A DNA stretch of 64,000 nt, taken from Planktothrix sp. GU0601_MAG3. Lineage in GTDB: Bacteria; Cyanobacteriota; Cyanobacteriia; Cyanobacteriales; Microcoleaceae. The stretch is taken from NCBI GenBank assembly GCA_035193785.1, contig CP136572.1:4308578-4372577 (forward strand). Direction: 5' to 3'. Below the pieces are notes generated by a model that worked only from the letters and a program-made list of their open reading frames with translations, had not been told where the DNA came from and made no database searches. Position 1 is the stretch's first letter, and each line of letters starts with the position of its first letter. Positions 32,730 to 44,375 of the stretch are shown here, one piece after another. The position numbers and the translations under genes are program-made.

Positions 32730-34017
32730 TCATCGGTCTAACTTATTGGGAATACCTTCGCACCCTCCCGGGATAGTTTTGCGAGATTTAGAACCGCACC
32801 ATGCACAACAATAATAACGGTTTTCTTCCGATAAATTATCAGCCCCAGTAAAGTCAGCACTTTCCACCACAGCCCCGGTATATTCTCCCGTATCAAAATT
32901 AGGAATTAATGTCCGACTGCGCGGAGAAGCTGTTTCTACAGGGCCATAAAATAGTTTAACAGAACGTAAATTTGTTCGGGATAAATTAGCTTCATACAAA
33001 ATAGAACGGACTAAATTAGCGCGGACTAAATTACATCCAGTTAAATTAGCTTTGACTAAATTAGTATCGGTTAAATCCGTGCGTCGTAGGTCAGTTTCCG
33101 ATAAATCTGCCCCCGCTAACATCGCCCCCAAATCAATCACCCGCACCCCATGGGCGCGATCTTCGGCATAATTACCATTACCATCTAACATCGGACGTCC
33201 CAGATGGCGATCGCGTTGTAAAGGAGTAATTAATCTAGCTTGGGATAAAAACCGCAGAATTTTGGCTTTTCCTTCGGCATCGACACTTTTAATAATAGCC
33301 GAGGTTCGCCCTTCTGCAATCACCCTTTCCTGGGGCCAATCTTCTAATAATCCCTGTTCTCCTAAAGCTAAATCAGAAACTCCTTGAAAATAAGCATCAA
33401 TGGTTTGTTGTTGAGTAATGCGGTTTTGTTGAATAGTTAAATCCCGGGAAATAATATATTGTCTCCAGGCTACATAAACGGCAATAATAGCAATTAAAAT
33501 TTGACCTAATGCTCCTCCTAAATCACCCAATGCGCCAATTGCATCCCAATTAATAGTAATATTACTAACTTCATTTGCAGTATTTGCATTACTAAAAATA
33601 ACTAAGCCAATTAAGGAGCCTAAAATCCCAATACAAGCAACAATTAAATTGCGCCAACTCGGGGGAATTAATGTTTTCCAAGTTTTTCCCCAATCCGACC
33701 AGACTAACCGCAGAGAAACGGCTAATGTGGCGAAGGCACTGACATATCCTAATCCGATATTATCAATTCCCAATCCCAAAATCATCAATGCCATCGTCGA
33801 TAAAACCACCACCGAAACCCGATACCTGATTGGGTCGATTGTCCAAAGTCGGGTTTTCAGTTTCGATTTCCCAAGATTCCCCGGAGGCGGGTTGGATCGC
33901 CTGCGTCGAGGTTTCCACTTCTGAGGGCTCAAGAGCAGGTTTAGGCGCCGCACCATTGAGGGTTTCGGAGGTATCCTCCAGTCCTTGAGATGGGGATGAA
34001 TTTGGCTCTGTTGTCAT
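32730..34017 (-). CDS. Membrane protein with pentapeptide repeats (indel near the 5' end)
   Basis: TM helices, AVYVAWRQY, ITQQQTID.YFQG, A(D/N)L repeats, C-terminal YCCAWCG. Confidence 0.88.
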
Positions 34018-34247
34018 CAGTTAACCTCTGTTGTGTTCGTACTTACAATTATTTTAATTAAAATTATCCTGATTTTAACTAAATCAGTCTTAACATTAGA
34101 TCAAGCTTCTAAGGTATGATTTTTTTAGATGCTAATATTTCTGGTAAGAGTGCATGATGTCCGCAATTTTAAATATACAGGTATTGATTATATATAGCAA
34201 TCTTTACTCCCAACTTCAAAAAAGGTATTTGTAGGAGCGATCAACTC

Positions 34248-35655
34248 ATGCTGGAAAAACTGAAATTATTAAAACTTTTGAATGCTCGTCTATCTCGAAC
34301 CATCACAATCTGGGTATTTTTGAGTTTAGTGATTATCGAAGTTTTAATTTTAATTCCTTCAGTATATCAATATCAGCAACAACTTTTAAGACAACTTCCG
34401 GCAATATCTTCTAGTAAAATTGCTTGGATAATTGAAACCTATCCCTATAGTTCTAATCCTGAACTCTTAAAACAGTTGAGTCATTTACATCATTTGAATC
34501 CAGATATTTTGGGCGGAGCAGTTTACCGAAATAACGGGGAATTAATTGGTCAATTTGGTGAGCCACCTGCTTTAACATTTTCCCAAGCAATACGGCAGAA
34601 AACATTATATTTGCGTCAAAAAAATGGCGATCGCTATGATGTTGTTTGTGATGTTAATCCCGTGAACAATAAATATGTGATTATTATTCGCCATGATGCT
34701 TCTGATATTCCGAAAAAAACCTATGCTTATATTTTAAGAATTGCCGGCTTAGTGTTAATCATTGCTTTTTTTGTAACATCAACCACCTTATTTATCTTAG
34801 GAAAAAATGTGATTCTGCCAATTTTAAAACTACGTTTGGATTTAATTGAAGCTGGAAAAGCAATTGTTGATAACAAACCCGTACCAAAATTTTATTCAAA
34901 GTTAATCCAAAGAAATGACGAATTAGGTGATGTAATTGCGACATTTCAAACCATGTTTGAAAAAATTTATCAAGCCACCCTAGAGAGGAATCAAGCCGAA
35001 GCCGATCTGCGATCGGAAAAGGATAAATCCGAGAAATTATTACTGAATATTTTACCCTTAGCGATCGCCGAAAAACTGAAAAAAAATCAAGGATGTATTG
35101 CCGAGAGATTTGAAGAAACCACGATTTTATTTGCAGATTTAACTGATTTTACCGGACTATCTTCTCGCAGTTTCTCCCACGCAAATCGTCACTTTTCTGA
35201 ATGAAATTTTTTCTGAATTTGATCGACTTGCAGATAAATATAAATTAGAAAAAATTAAAACCATTGGAGATGCTTATATGGTGGTTGGGGGGATTCCTAT
35301 TTCTAAACCAAATCATGCCCAAGCGATCGCAGAAATGGCTTTAGAAATGCAACAAATTATTAAAAAATTTCGCTATAGTGATAATCAATTGTTAAATCTT
35401 AGAATTGGCATCAATACAGGGCCAGTAGTTGCTGGAGTGATCGGATTGAAAAAATTCAGTTACGATTTATGGGGAGATGCTGTTAATATTGCCTCCCGCA
35501 TGGAATCTCAAGGTATACCCGGACAAATTCAAGTTACTCAAACTACCTATGAAAAAATTAAAGATAGTTACTTACTGGAAGAAAGAGGTATGATTTTAAT
35601 CAAAGGTAAAGGCGAAATGCGAACCTATTGGTTAACAGGGAAACAAGAGATATAG
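34248..35655 (+). CDS. Two-TM, HAMP, class III adenylate cyclase (indel near 35170)
   Basis: RNDELG HAMP, LLLNILP, FADL.DFT, KIKTIGDAYM (read at 35251-35280), YDLWGDAVNIASRMES. Confidence 0.9.
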
Positions 35656-35715
35656 CCCCTACCTATCAGCGCAGTTATCGCAACGACAAACCCTATTCTG
35701 ATTGTTACTTTATCT

Positions 35716-37189
35716 ATGACCTTTATTTCAGTTACCTACGGAATATTTTTATTGATTTTATTAGGGTTATATTGGATTATTCCTGGGAAATCTTGGCGGC
35801 TTTTTATCCTATTAATCTCAAGTTTGCTTTTCTATTCCACCCTACAAATTCAATATATCCCCTTACTCCTACTTTGGACAATCTTTAACTTTGGTTTAGC
35901 CTTAACCATTGTCGAACCTCAAGAATGGGAAATCCCCCATATTTCTTGGAATCGTCGTCGGGCTTTTTTACTAACATTAGGAATTGTCATTAATATCCTA
36001 ATTCTAGTTGGGTTCAAATATTTACCTTTTATTTTCAATACCCTGGGAACAGTTTGGAATATTCCTGTTATTATTAATACTGGAAGTTGGATCGATCAAT
36101 ATGTTATTGCCCCGTTGGGATTAAGTTTTTTCTGCTTTGAATTAATTGCTTATTTAGTCGATGTTTATCGAGGCGCACCCGCGGCAACTTCCCTATTAGA
36201 ATTTACCGCCTATAAATTATTTTTTGCCAAACTAATATCTGGGCCTATTACCCGTTATCATCACCTAAATAATCAGTTTAAAACCCTAAAATTTCCCATC
36301 CCCGAACAAATTGCAGATGGACTTTGGTTACTAGCTAGGGGGGCAATCAAAAAAGGGCTTTTTGCCGATAATATTGGAATTTTAGTAGATTTAAGTTTCA
36401 GTAATTTACAACGGGCTGGAAGTGGGGATTTATGGTTAGCAATTTTCGCCTATGGGTTGCAATTATATCTGGATTTTAGCGGTTATGTAGACCTAGCCAG
36501 GGGAACCGCATTACTCCTAGGATTAACTTTACCGATTAACTTTGATGCCCCCTATTTTAGCACCAGTATCGGAGATTTTTGGCGTCGTTGGCATATTACA
36601 TTAGGGGATTGGTTACGCAATTATTTATATTTTCCCCTGGGCGGTTTCTCGGGCGGGATTGTTTCGCACCTGTTTGAATTTAATTCTAGTTATGTTAATC
36701 GCAGGAATTTGGCACGGCGCCGCCTGGGGATTTATTATTTGGGGGGGATTACATGGGTTAGCATTAGTAGTTAATCGTCTCACCGAAGCAATATCTAAGC
36801 AATTATCAATCACTTGGATTTGGAACAGTTTACCCGGAATTTTAATCGCTTGGTTAATGACTCAATTGATGGTATTTACGACTTGGATTTTTTTCCGACT
36901 CCCTAATTTACAAGATTCTTGGTTAGTCATCAATCGGTTATGGGGTCATACCGCCGATGTTCAGTTTGCCCATAAAGTTTATGTTGAAGCCTTGGGTTTA
37001 GAAAGACAGCATTTGGTAATTTTATTATCCTCTGTTTTTGGATTAATGGCGATCACCACTTTATTCAATCGAGGGTTAAAATTAGAATTAAATTGGACAA
37101 TAAAATTAGCCTTGGTTCCCTTGAGTTTCTTCACCGTTTGGTTACTAGCACCCGAAGGGGGTTTACCCTATATTTATTTTGATTTTTAA
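35716..37189 (+). CDS. MBOAT family O-acyltransferase, AlgI/DltB-like (indel near 36650)
   Basis: PLGLSFF, SGPI, DFSGY.D.A, FWRRWHITL..WLRNYLY.PLGG, GIWHGA. Confidence 0.92.
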
Positions 37190-37235
37190 GGAGATAAAAT
37201 CAAAATAAATTAAGCGAAGTCTAACCTATTTTTAC

Positions 37236-38559
37236 TTAGGTTTGGGGTTGACTTAAACGCCGATAAACCGTGGCTAACCCCTTAGCATCTCCCACATTTC
37301 CAGGGAATAAAACAACAGGTAAATTAGGATAGAGGGGATGACTAGATGATGTTTTAACCATTGAACAACCTGCTAATACTTGACCTAATAATCTAGCGGT
37401 TTTTAATGATAATCCTTTACTCAAAACATCATTAGAAGTAATCCCTCCTTTACTAATTAAAAATCCAATATCCGGGGGTAAACCTCTGACAATATCCATC
37501 AGCAGGTCTGAAACTTTAGTCCCAAAGGCTAACCGAATTTCTACCGTATCAAATTGTAATTCTTGACGACTGGTATAAATAACCGGGGTTTGACCTGCAT
37601 TATGAATATCATAAATTTGGTCTAAAATCTGTTGTAATAGTTCCTGTCTTTGAGTCTCACTTTCTTCTAATAAATGGGAAACATCTACCTCAATTCCAAC
37701 TATTCCAGGTTCTTGCAATAACTGTTCTAATTGTTGGGTAGATTTTTTAACATGGGAACCCATAATCACCGCACCTGGCTTACCATTTCGGGTATATTTT
37801 GCCATTTCTTCGGCGGGAATCGGTTGATTTCCTAAAGCAGCTAAAGAGGTTAAAATACTCGCCGCACTGCGGAATAAAAAGCGTTTTCCCTGACTAGCTG
37901 CGGTAATAATATCCGAGGCTAATTGATCAAAATCTCCTTGGGTTTCCCCATCGACCACCACACATTGATTCCCCGTTAAACCCATTAATCGAGGTAAAGT
38001 TCCCAGTCGAATATCCGATAACAAAAATTGTTCTACTTTTTCCGAAGGAATCAAACCTTTTGTTTTTTCGGTGACATAATCGGGTAAATAACTATGTTGA
38101 TAAGCAAAAACAGAATCCTTCGCAAATTCGGTTAAATGAACCGGGGTTTCTACACCATCAATAATTAAATAATGAATACTATCGCGGGTAATTCTTCCGC
38201 CTTCAAAAAAAGCTGGAACTAGAAAATGGGCATCAAAGGGGCCAAGTTCCTCCGCAATCACATCGGTTTCTACGGGATAATGACCTCGCAGGGTAGAATC
38301 GGAACGACTGACCACCAGAAAGTCGGTGATGGACTCGCTGGCGAGGGCTAGTTTCAGATTTTGGGTGACTTCACGGGTGACCGCGGCGGCTTGGTCTGGG
38401 GTTAGGGCTCTGGTATTGGTCAGAATAAAGAAAATCGGAGATTGGTCAGCCAGTCCAATTCGCAGGGTATCGACGTCCCACTGGGTCAGAAGTAAGCAAC
38501 TATGGACGGTTTGAGAAACCTGTGGGGTCATCATCGAGAACAATAATTTTAGGTCGCAT
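37236..38559 (-). CDS. Four-carbon acid sugar kinase family protein (indel near 38517)
   Basis: Corrected start MRPKIIVLDDDPTGSQTVH; RSDSTLRGH, ISKGGITS, FPGNVG. Confidence 0.9.
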
Positions 38560-38625
38560 TGGTGTTTTGCTCAAAATGTATTGGGGTTATGGGAGGGTTT
38601 TCACCGGATAAAAAAAGCCTAGCAC

Positions 38626-39273
38626 TTAATGGGAATTTTGTTGCTCCTGAAGTTGTTTTAACAGTTGATGAACTTCCGAGGCTATTTCAAAGGCTTGATA
38701 TAGGAGTCTTCCTGATTCTGTTGTTGGTTTTTCCGTTTGTAATACGGTTAGGGCGGTGAAGTTTAGCTCAAAAAGTTCTGGGTTTTTCTCAATAAATTTT
38801 TTATGTTTTTTTAAGATTCGTTCTATTTTTAATCCTCTAATTAATTCTATTCTAATTAATTTTAAGGCTTGAATAATAGCATCTTGGTTATCTAATTTTG
38901 CCTGGGGATGTTCCGTGGCTTCAAGTTCATTATAAATGCTTAAGGCTTTAACAATAGTATTATAACGATCAACTTGATTAAAGAGTTTAACACATTGGGG
39001 ACGGTTTAAGGTTAGCCAAATTTTAATGATATCCTCAAGGACTAATAGAATGATCAGAATTAAGTAAATTACAATAAAAATTAAGGCGAGTTCTGGAAAA
39101 ATCAAACTCCAAATCCAATAACTAATTAATAGTAATCCTGTAATAACTAAGGTTTTTAATCCTTCCCCAATAAATTTTTTAGCCGTCCCTGGTCGATACA
39201 GCAAATTTTTGTTAATCCCACTCCAATGTTTGAGTTCTCCTGGAGTAATTTCTAATCCATCTGAATCAGTCAT
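38626..39273 (-). CDS. Hypothetical two-TM protein
   Basis: 215-aa ORF with two hydrophobic helices followed by a helical soluble domain. Confidence 0.7.
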   Translation of the reverse strand: MTDSDGLEITPGELKHWSGINKNLLYRPGTAKKFIGEGLKTLVITGLLLISYWIWSLIFPELALIFIVIYLILIILLVLEDIIKIWLTLNRPQCVKLFNQVDRYNTIVKALSIYNELEATEHPQAKLDNQDAIIQALKLIRIELIRGLKIERILKKHKKFIEKNPELFELNFTALTVLQTEKPTTESGRLLYQAFEIASEVHQLLKQLQEQQNSH

Positions 39274-39287
39274 CAGTTATCAGTTAA

Positions 39288-39384
39288 AGGGAACAGGGAA
39301 CAGGGAACAGGGAACAGGGAACAGGGAACAGGGAACAGGGAACAGGGAATAGGGAATAGGGAATAGGGAATAGGGAATAGGGAA
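39288..39384 (+). repeat. Heptamer STRR (GGGAACA)n(GGGAATA)n
   Basis: About 14 tandem units. Confidence 0.95.
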
Positions 39385-39442
39385 TGGCGGGTTTTTTTAG
39401 ATCTTTGTGAATCACTTAAATCTCGATGACCCCCTACAAATT

Positions 39443-39513
39443 ATAACTGATAACTGATAACTGATAACTGATAACTGATAACTGATAACTGATAACTGAT
39501 AACTGAATAACTG
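39443..39513 (+). repeat. Heptamer STRR (ATAACTG)n
   Basis: About 9 tandem units. Confidence 0.95.
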
Positions 39514-39516
39514 TTT

Positions 39517-40128
39517 TTACTGGTTTTTAAATTTTTGTGCAGCGACTGGCATGAGTTTTTGTACTGAATTATTAGTATTTATCGCTTTTTGATAAGCCCA
39601 TTCTGGACAAGCAGGTAGGTTCTTTTTACTTTCACTATAAGTAAAATTAAGCTGAGTTAAATCATTAAATTCTTCTTGAATAGAGCGGGGTTCTAATCGA
39701 CATTTGAGAATAAAAGAATCATATTGATCCGCCATTTGTTCATAAACCCGAGAGGCATTCAAATGATTATTAGCTCTCCCATTAGGATCTAAAAAAGTCA
39801 ATAGAGGGGCGAGAATTGCCACTAAAACCGCAATCACTACGGAGAATAATTGATACTCTCCCCCTAAACTATTAATAGCTTGTACACTAGCAACGGCAGC
39901 TAAAATTGTACTGGGAATCCCGATATAAAGATGGGCGGTTGACCAACGAATTGAAACATCAATATGGGCTTGACTCAACACCCGACAAAGAATTTTTCGC
40001 TCAATGGCACGATCAGTTATATCTTGCTGAACAATATAAGGGATAGGCCTATTTAAACTATCCTCCGAACCAGTGGAGGGAGTCATGGGTTGATCAATAC
40101 TATTATCAGGACTACTGGATGCACTCAT
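39517..40128 (-). CDS. SLATT-domain two-TM protein
   Basis: AH...RW...H..IGIP..IL (TM1), TM2 ending TFLDP..RA..H..A...Y..., C-terminal P..PEWAY.KA. Confidence 0.75.
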   Translation of the reverse strand: MSASSSPDNSIDQPMTPSTGSEDSLNRPIPYIVQQDITDRAIERKILCRVLSQAHIDVSIRWSTAHLYIGIPSTILAAVASVQAINSLGGEYQLFSVVIAVLVAILAPLLTFLDPNGRANNHLNASRVYEQMADQYDSFILKCRLEPRSIQEEFNDLTQLNFTYSESKKNLPACPEWAYQKAINTNNSVQKLMPVAAQKFKNQ

Positions 40129-40141
40129 GGTTTTTTATAGC

Positions 40142-40194
40142 GGGGAATAGGGAATAGGGAATAGGGAATGGGTAATGGGTAATGGGGAATGGGT
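40142..40194 (+). repeat. Heptamer STRR (GGGAATA/GGGTAAT)
   Basis: Tandem units read directly. Confidence 0.85.
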
Positions 40195-40211
40195 GAGAAA
40201 GAACGATTCTA

Positions 40212-41609
40212 TCAAATTAAGTTCAATTCTTGATCCGGGATTGCCACCTGTACCCAAACTATAAAAGTCGTTCCCGGGGGAGTATTATCAGTACCAACCC
40301 TATCCTCGGATACCCAAGCCGGATGGACGGGAGAGAAGACTTGAATTTCTCCTTGCATCTGTTTTATCAAAGCTTTAGCGATTACTAACCCTAAACCCGT
40401 TCCCGGAATTTCAGAATGCCCCTGAACACCGCGATAGTGACGTTCAAACAGATGTTCTAAATCCTCGGGAGGAATTCCTGGCCCAGTATCACTAATACCA
40501 ATACCAACTTGAGATTCTAGGGTTATTCCCCCGACGGAGGAAGGAGAGGCCAGTTGAACTCGAATATACAGTTTTCCGCCAGCAGGAGTATATTTTAAGG
40601 CATTATCGAGGAGATTACTCAGGACTTCCCGCAGAGCCTTAGCATTCCCTTGGATGGGGGGCAGGTTTTCGGGGAGATCAACTTCACATTCTAATTGTCG
40701 TTCCTGGGCGATCGCCTGAGCCGATACAATTAAAGGGGATAATACCTCCGACAATACTAGGGGTTCAAGTTGATCACAAGCGGGTAATAAGGGTAGGGCA
40801 GGCGTCGGGAATAGGGAAGCTTGGGCCGTGGATCTGGCAAATTCCACCGTAAGTGGCAAACTTAAGGGGGTTTCGGTCTGTTCTAAGGTTTCATCCGCCT
40901 GTGCTAATAATTCTTGAATCCGATCGCTCTCGCGTAAAATACCAACGGCAATAGGATAATTTTTATCTTCAGGTAGCAGTCGCTTCAATAATAATTTACC
41001 AAAGGTACGAACAGCCGTTAGAGGGCTTTTGAGTTGATGGAATATATTATGCAGTGTCTCAGCCTGTTGCCCTTGTAAGTGTTGTTGTCGGTCTAGTTGT
41101 TGCCGGAACCATTGGGCGCGTTGATCTAAAATACAGCCTAGGGCTAAGGTATGGGCAATCCCTTGTAGTTGAGTATATTCCTCCGGGCTCCAGGGTCGGT
41201 CATTGCGTCCAGTAACTAAAAATCCCAAGACCACATCCTCTTGAATTAAGGCTAAAACCTCTTGACTCCGTTGTTGCCAAGGAGCTTCTGCCTCCACCTC
41301 CGTTTCCGAAAAATCATCAATTTCTATCGCAGGCATTAAAACTTTTGTCTTCCCGGTGACTTCCGTGGTTAATAGCATCGGTGATGTAGAGGCGAGGGTT
41401 TCAGGCAAACCCATCAAACAGGGAATATCCAAATCATTCGGGGACGTTTCAGGATAGGTGGCAATCGGAATCAATTTCTTATGTTCCTCATCTACCCACG
41501 CCTCCGCTAAATAGACTACACTCAAGGAAGCACCCAAACTCGCCGTTAACGACAGTTGGGTGCGACACAGTTGGACAAATTCAGCACTGGCTGTGAGCAT
41601 AGAATTCAA
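40212..41609 (-). CDS. GAF-like sensor histidine kinase
   Basis: H box FHQLKSPLTAVRTF, N box NLLDNALKY, G1 DTGPGI, G2 GTGLGL. Confidence 0.92.
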   Translation of the reverse strand: MNSMLTASAEFVQLCRTQLSLTASLGASLSVVYLAEAWVDEEHKKLIPIATYPETSPNDLDIPCLMGLPETLASTSPMLLTTEVTGKTKVLMPAIEIDDFSETEVEAEAPWQQRSQEVLALIQEDVVLGFLVTGRNDRPWSPEEYTQLQGIAHTLALGCILDQRAQWFRQQLDRQQHLQGQQAETLHNIFHQLKSPLTAVRTFGKLLLKRLLPEDKNYPIAVGILRESDRIQELLAQADETLEQTETPLSLPLTVEFARSTAQASLFPTPALPLLPACDQLEPLVLSEVLSPLIVSAQAIAQERQLECEVDLPENLPPIQGNAKALREVLSNLLDNALKYTPAGGKLYIRVQLASPSSVGGITLESQVGIGISDTGPGIPPEDLEHLFERHYRGVQGHSEIPGTGLGLVIAKALIKQMQGEIQVFSPVHPAWVSEDRVGTDNTPPGTTFIVWVQVAIPDQELNLI

Positions 41610-41629
41610 CGGGCAAATCCTTAATGGGC

Positions 41630-41712
41630 AATTACGAATTACGAATTACGAATTACGAATGGGTAATAGCAAAAGTTTACCTCCCCTCCTCCCCCTGCCT
41701 CCGATCCCCTTC
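41630..41712. repeat. (AATTACG)n array, conserved linker and C-rich tract
   Basis: aattacg x4, then gggtaatagcaaaagtttacctcccc. Confidence 0.8.
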
Positions 41713-41831
41713 CTTATCAATTTGTGTCAATCTATTAAAACAGCTTGATATTTTGAACTAGAACAGATATAATTCTCTCGGATTTTGTAGCTATATTTAC
41801 AACCCGCCTGCTTAAAAAGGAGGTCAACAAG

Positions 41832-42155
41832 TTGGCTAGAAGACGTAAGCGTAAAAGCCGTCGCAGACAAGAAGGACGTAGGATTTTAGAATGTGTGCCT
41901 CAATATAGCATCTCAAGTGGCGAAGATAAACCCGTAACGGCCGCTCGTAAGTTTATCCATGCTGAAGGAATTATCCCTCCGGCTTTGCTTCTTGTAAAAC
42001 GAAATGAGCATACCACGGATCGATACTTCTGGGCCGAAAAGGGTCTATTTGGAGCCCAGTACGTTGAGGAGAATCACTTTTTATTCCCCAGTTTAAAACT
42101 GCTTGTGGAGAAGGCCACATTGGTTTCCTCTGCTGCCCCAGCTAAGGGGGTTTGA
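41832..42155 (+). CDS. DUF3155 family protein
   Basis: TTG start after AGGAGG; ARRRKRKSRRRQEGRRILE, KPVTAARKFI, RNEHTTDRYFWAEKGLFGAQY. Confidence 0.9.
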   Translation: MARRRKRKSRRRQEGRRILECVPQYSISSGEDKPVTAARKFIHAEGIIPPALLLVKRNEHTTDRYFWAEKGLFGAQYVEENHFLFPSLKLLVEKATLVSSAAPAKGV

Positions 42156-42506
42156 AGTCGAGATGTTGTCCGCAACATCCCATCCTCTTAGTGAAAGGGT
42201 TTGATATCCAGAATTTTTCTTGAGCCGTGACACCTGATGAGAGCCATGATTAATATGAGCTTCACTCCTTAACTCTGATAAGGCAGGCGCGAGGGAAAAA
42301 AATTAGTCCGTTGATTTTGGGTGCTGGTTGGGATGAATTTCTCTCAATTCTTGCTGGCAAGGAGGAATTACTCCCAACCCCAGTGCCACGAATCAAAATT
42401 GTTCTAATTCTAATTGTGGCAATTATATCCTGAATCAAGATTCAAGACCGTTGGCATTGTCGTCATGTTTGCGGTTTTGAACCCGGTGGGGATGTCGGTA
42501 AATGAA

Positions 42507-43043
42507 TCAAAACGATTCCCAAGGTTTGAGGTGGAGGGCTTGTTTGAGCGTTGCCAGTTCGTCTCGGTGGGCGGTTACGGTGATCAAACTTTGAGTTTGT
42601 TGGCCCTGATCAATGACGGCATCCAGCTTGAGACAGACCTGTTCTGGACGCGCGGAGCCTTTCCAGTAGAACCAACCGGCCAGGGGCGAAAGCAGCACCA
42701 GTCCCCAAAACGGTTTGCCTAGGTTGGGCATGGCCGTCGATAGGACTAACCCCAAACATAACAGTCCCACGGCTGTTAATAGGGTGAGGAAGACGGCTAG
42801 GAATCGACTGGGGCGGACTAACCCCTCAAAGGTGATTTGATTGGCTTCCCGATTTAACGCCGTAATCCGATAGGCTCGGGATGCGAAGTGCTGCTGAATT
42901 TGTGTGAGCAAGGAGTCTGCTTCCTGTTCGGCAATCAGTTTTTCCTGTTCTATCCGATCTTTAGTTGAGGCTCGAACAAAAAAGAATAGGCCAATAACCA
43001 TTAACAGGGTCAACACAAAAGTGGAAGGGATTACGGGAGTCAT
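42507..43043 (-). CDS. Cofactor assembly of complex C subunit B (CCB1/DUF3529)
   Basis: GLFFFVRASTKDR, FEGLVRPS, LSPLAGWFYW, AHRDEL. Confidence 0.88.
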   Translation of the reverse strand: MTPVIPSTFVLTLLMVIGLFFFVRASTKDRIEQEKLIAEQEADSLLTQIQQHFASRAYRITALNREANQITFEGLVRPSRFLAVFLTLLTAVGLLCLGLVLSTAMPNLGKPFWGLVLLSPLAGWFYWKGSARPEQVCLKLDAVIDQGQQTQSLITVTAHRDELATLKQALHLKPWESF

Positions 43044-43072
43044 AGGAAATGAGTTCGGTCTAGTTTTAAGGA

Positions 43073-43436
43073 TTATGGATTGATTTGTAGTTTACCTTGG
43101 CTGGAGGTGTATTTGTACCAAAGTCCGGCTAACTCTTGGGCTTGTGGTTGATATTCCGGCAGAATTTGATACATTCGGCGAGGGCGTCCCCGACCTTCCA
43201 GCTTTTGCCAATATCCGGTAATTGTTTCTTGTTTTTCCAAAAACTTGAGGGCGCTATAAAGAACCGTATCGGACAATCTATAGTTAGAATGTTCCTGCTC
43301 CAGTTGTTCAATCAGTTCAGTTCCATAGGAGTCCCTTTGGAGAAATACAGATAGGATATAGCAAACCGCTAGTTCCTTATTGAGATAGATAGGTGGCGGT
43401 TTCTTGGAAAAATTGATAGATTTCTTCAAAGGTCAT
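43073..43436 (-). CDS. pex: PadR-family regulator, period extender Pex (indel near 43402)
   Basis: Corrected start MTFEEIYQFFQ-PPPIYLNKELAVCYIL; SYGTELI, RLSDTVLY.AL.FLE, GRGRPRRMY. Confidence 0.85.
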
Positions 43437-43681
43437 AGAATTTTCCCCTTTGCTTGAATGATCGGCAGTTTTCCGGTCGGGCGATTCTCCGTATTCTTGC
43501 TTTCTGTTAATTAACCCTCTCCTCCATTAATAGCAGCATTGATCAATTATTGCTGCATCCCAATTAGCTAAATCATCGCTCAAAAGTTAAGTTAATGGTG
43601 AGGATTAGGCAATGGGCAATGGGCAATGGTAAAGTATTAGGTCATTTTTACAGTTATTTACTTAGATTTAACTCCCAACTG

Positions 43682-44375
43682 TTAACACCCCGCCCCATCT
43701 TTAAACTGTTTTATCCTTCGACAACAATCTTCTACAGAAGCCCGATTTCTCATGGCTTCCACTAAATCAAAATAAGCCACTTTGTGAGTTTCAATTAATG
43801 TTTTAGCCTGTAATATTGCCCAACGCTCTTTGATTTTAGCTTCACTCAAAGGTCGTTGTAGCTGAGTCCAAATTGCTATAATTTTATCTCTATCTTCCCG
43901 TCCTCCTTCAGCCTTTTTAAATATTAAAGTTTCTGCGGCAATTCCCGCCATCCAAACAGCACAATAACGATCTAAAACCTGAGAAGAAATCTGACCCTGC
44001 TTTAATTGTTCCCATAAAAGTTGATCGGCAAACTGCACCCCACCTTGGGCTTTAAATCCTTGTTTAAAGGCTTCCCAGCCGTTTAAGGCATACCCCTGAA
44101 TGGGAATTTCCATCAAATAGGCTACCAAAAAATGTCCCGCTTCATGGTGTAAAATTCGCTCCCGAGTGGATGCAGAAGTTCCCGCCAACCCATCCACTAA
44201 TAAACTCGCCCCTTGACCTTGAAACTGAAAAACATCTAAGGTAGCAACCCCCAATAAAAAAAAAGTAATCCCCGCCGGAATAAAGGGCGAAATATTTAAT
44301 ACCGGACTTAATAATACCGATATAGTCATACAGAAAACACTAATGGCAATTAGATTTAAACTGGTGGTTTCTCAT
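43682..44375 (-). CDS. Peptidase M41-like Zn protease domain protein
   Basis: RILHHEAGHFLVAY, MAGIAAE; an ATG at 44375 joins after one indel (SLNLIAISVF.MT). Confidence 0.82.

Noticed and set aside
39288..39513. Possible CRISPR array
   Set aside because: Contiguous 7-bp units with no unique spacers, and no cas genes in the window.
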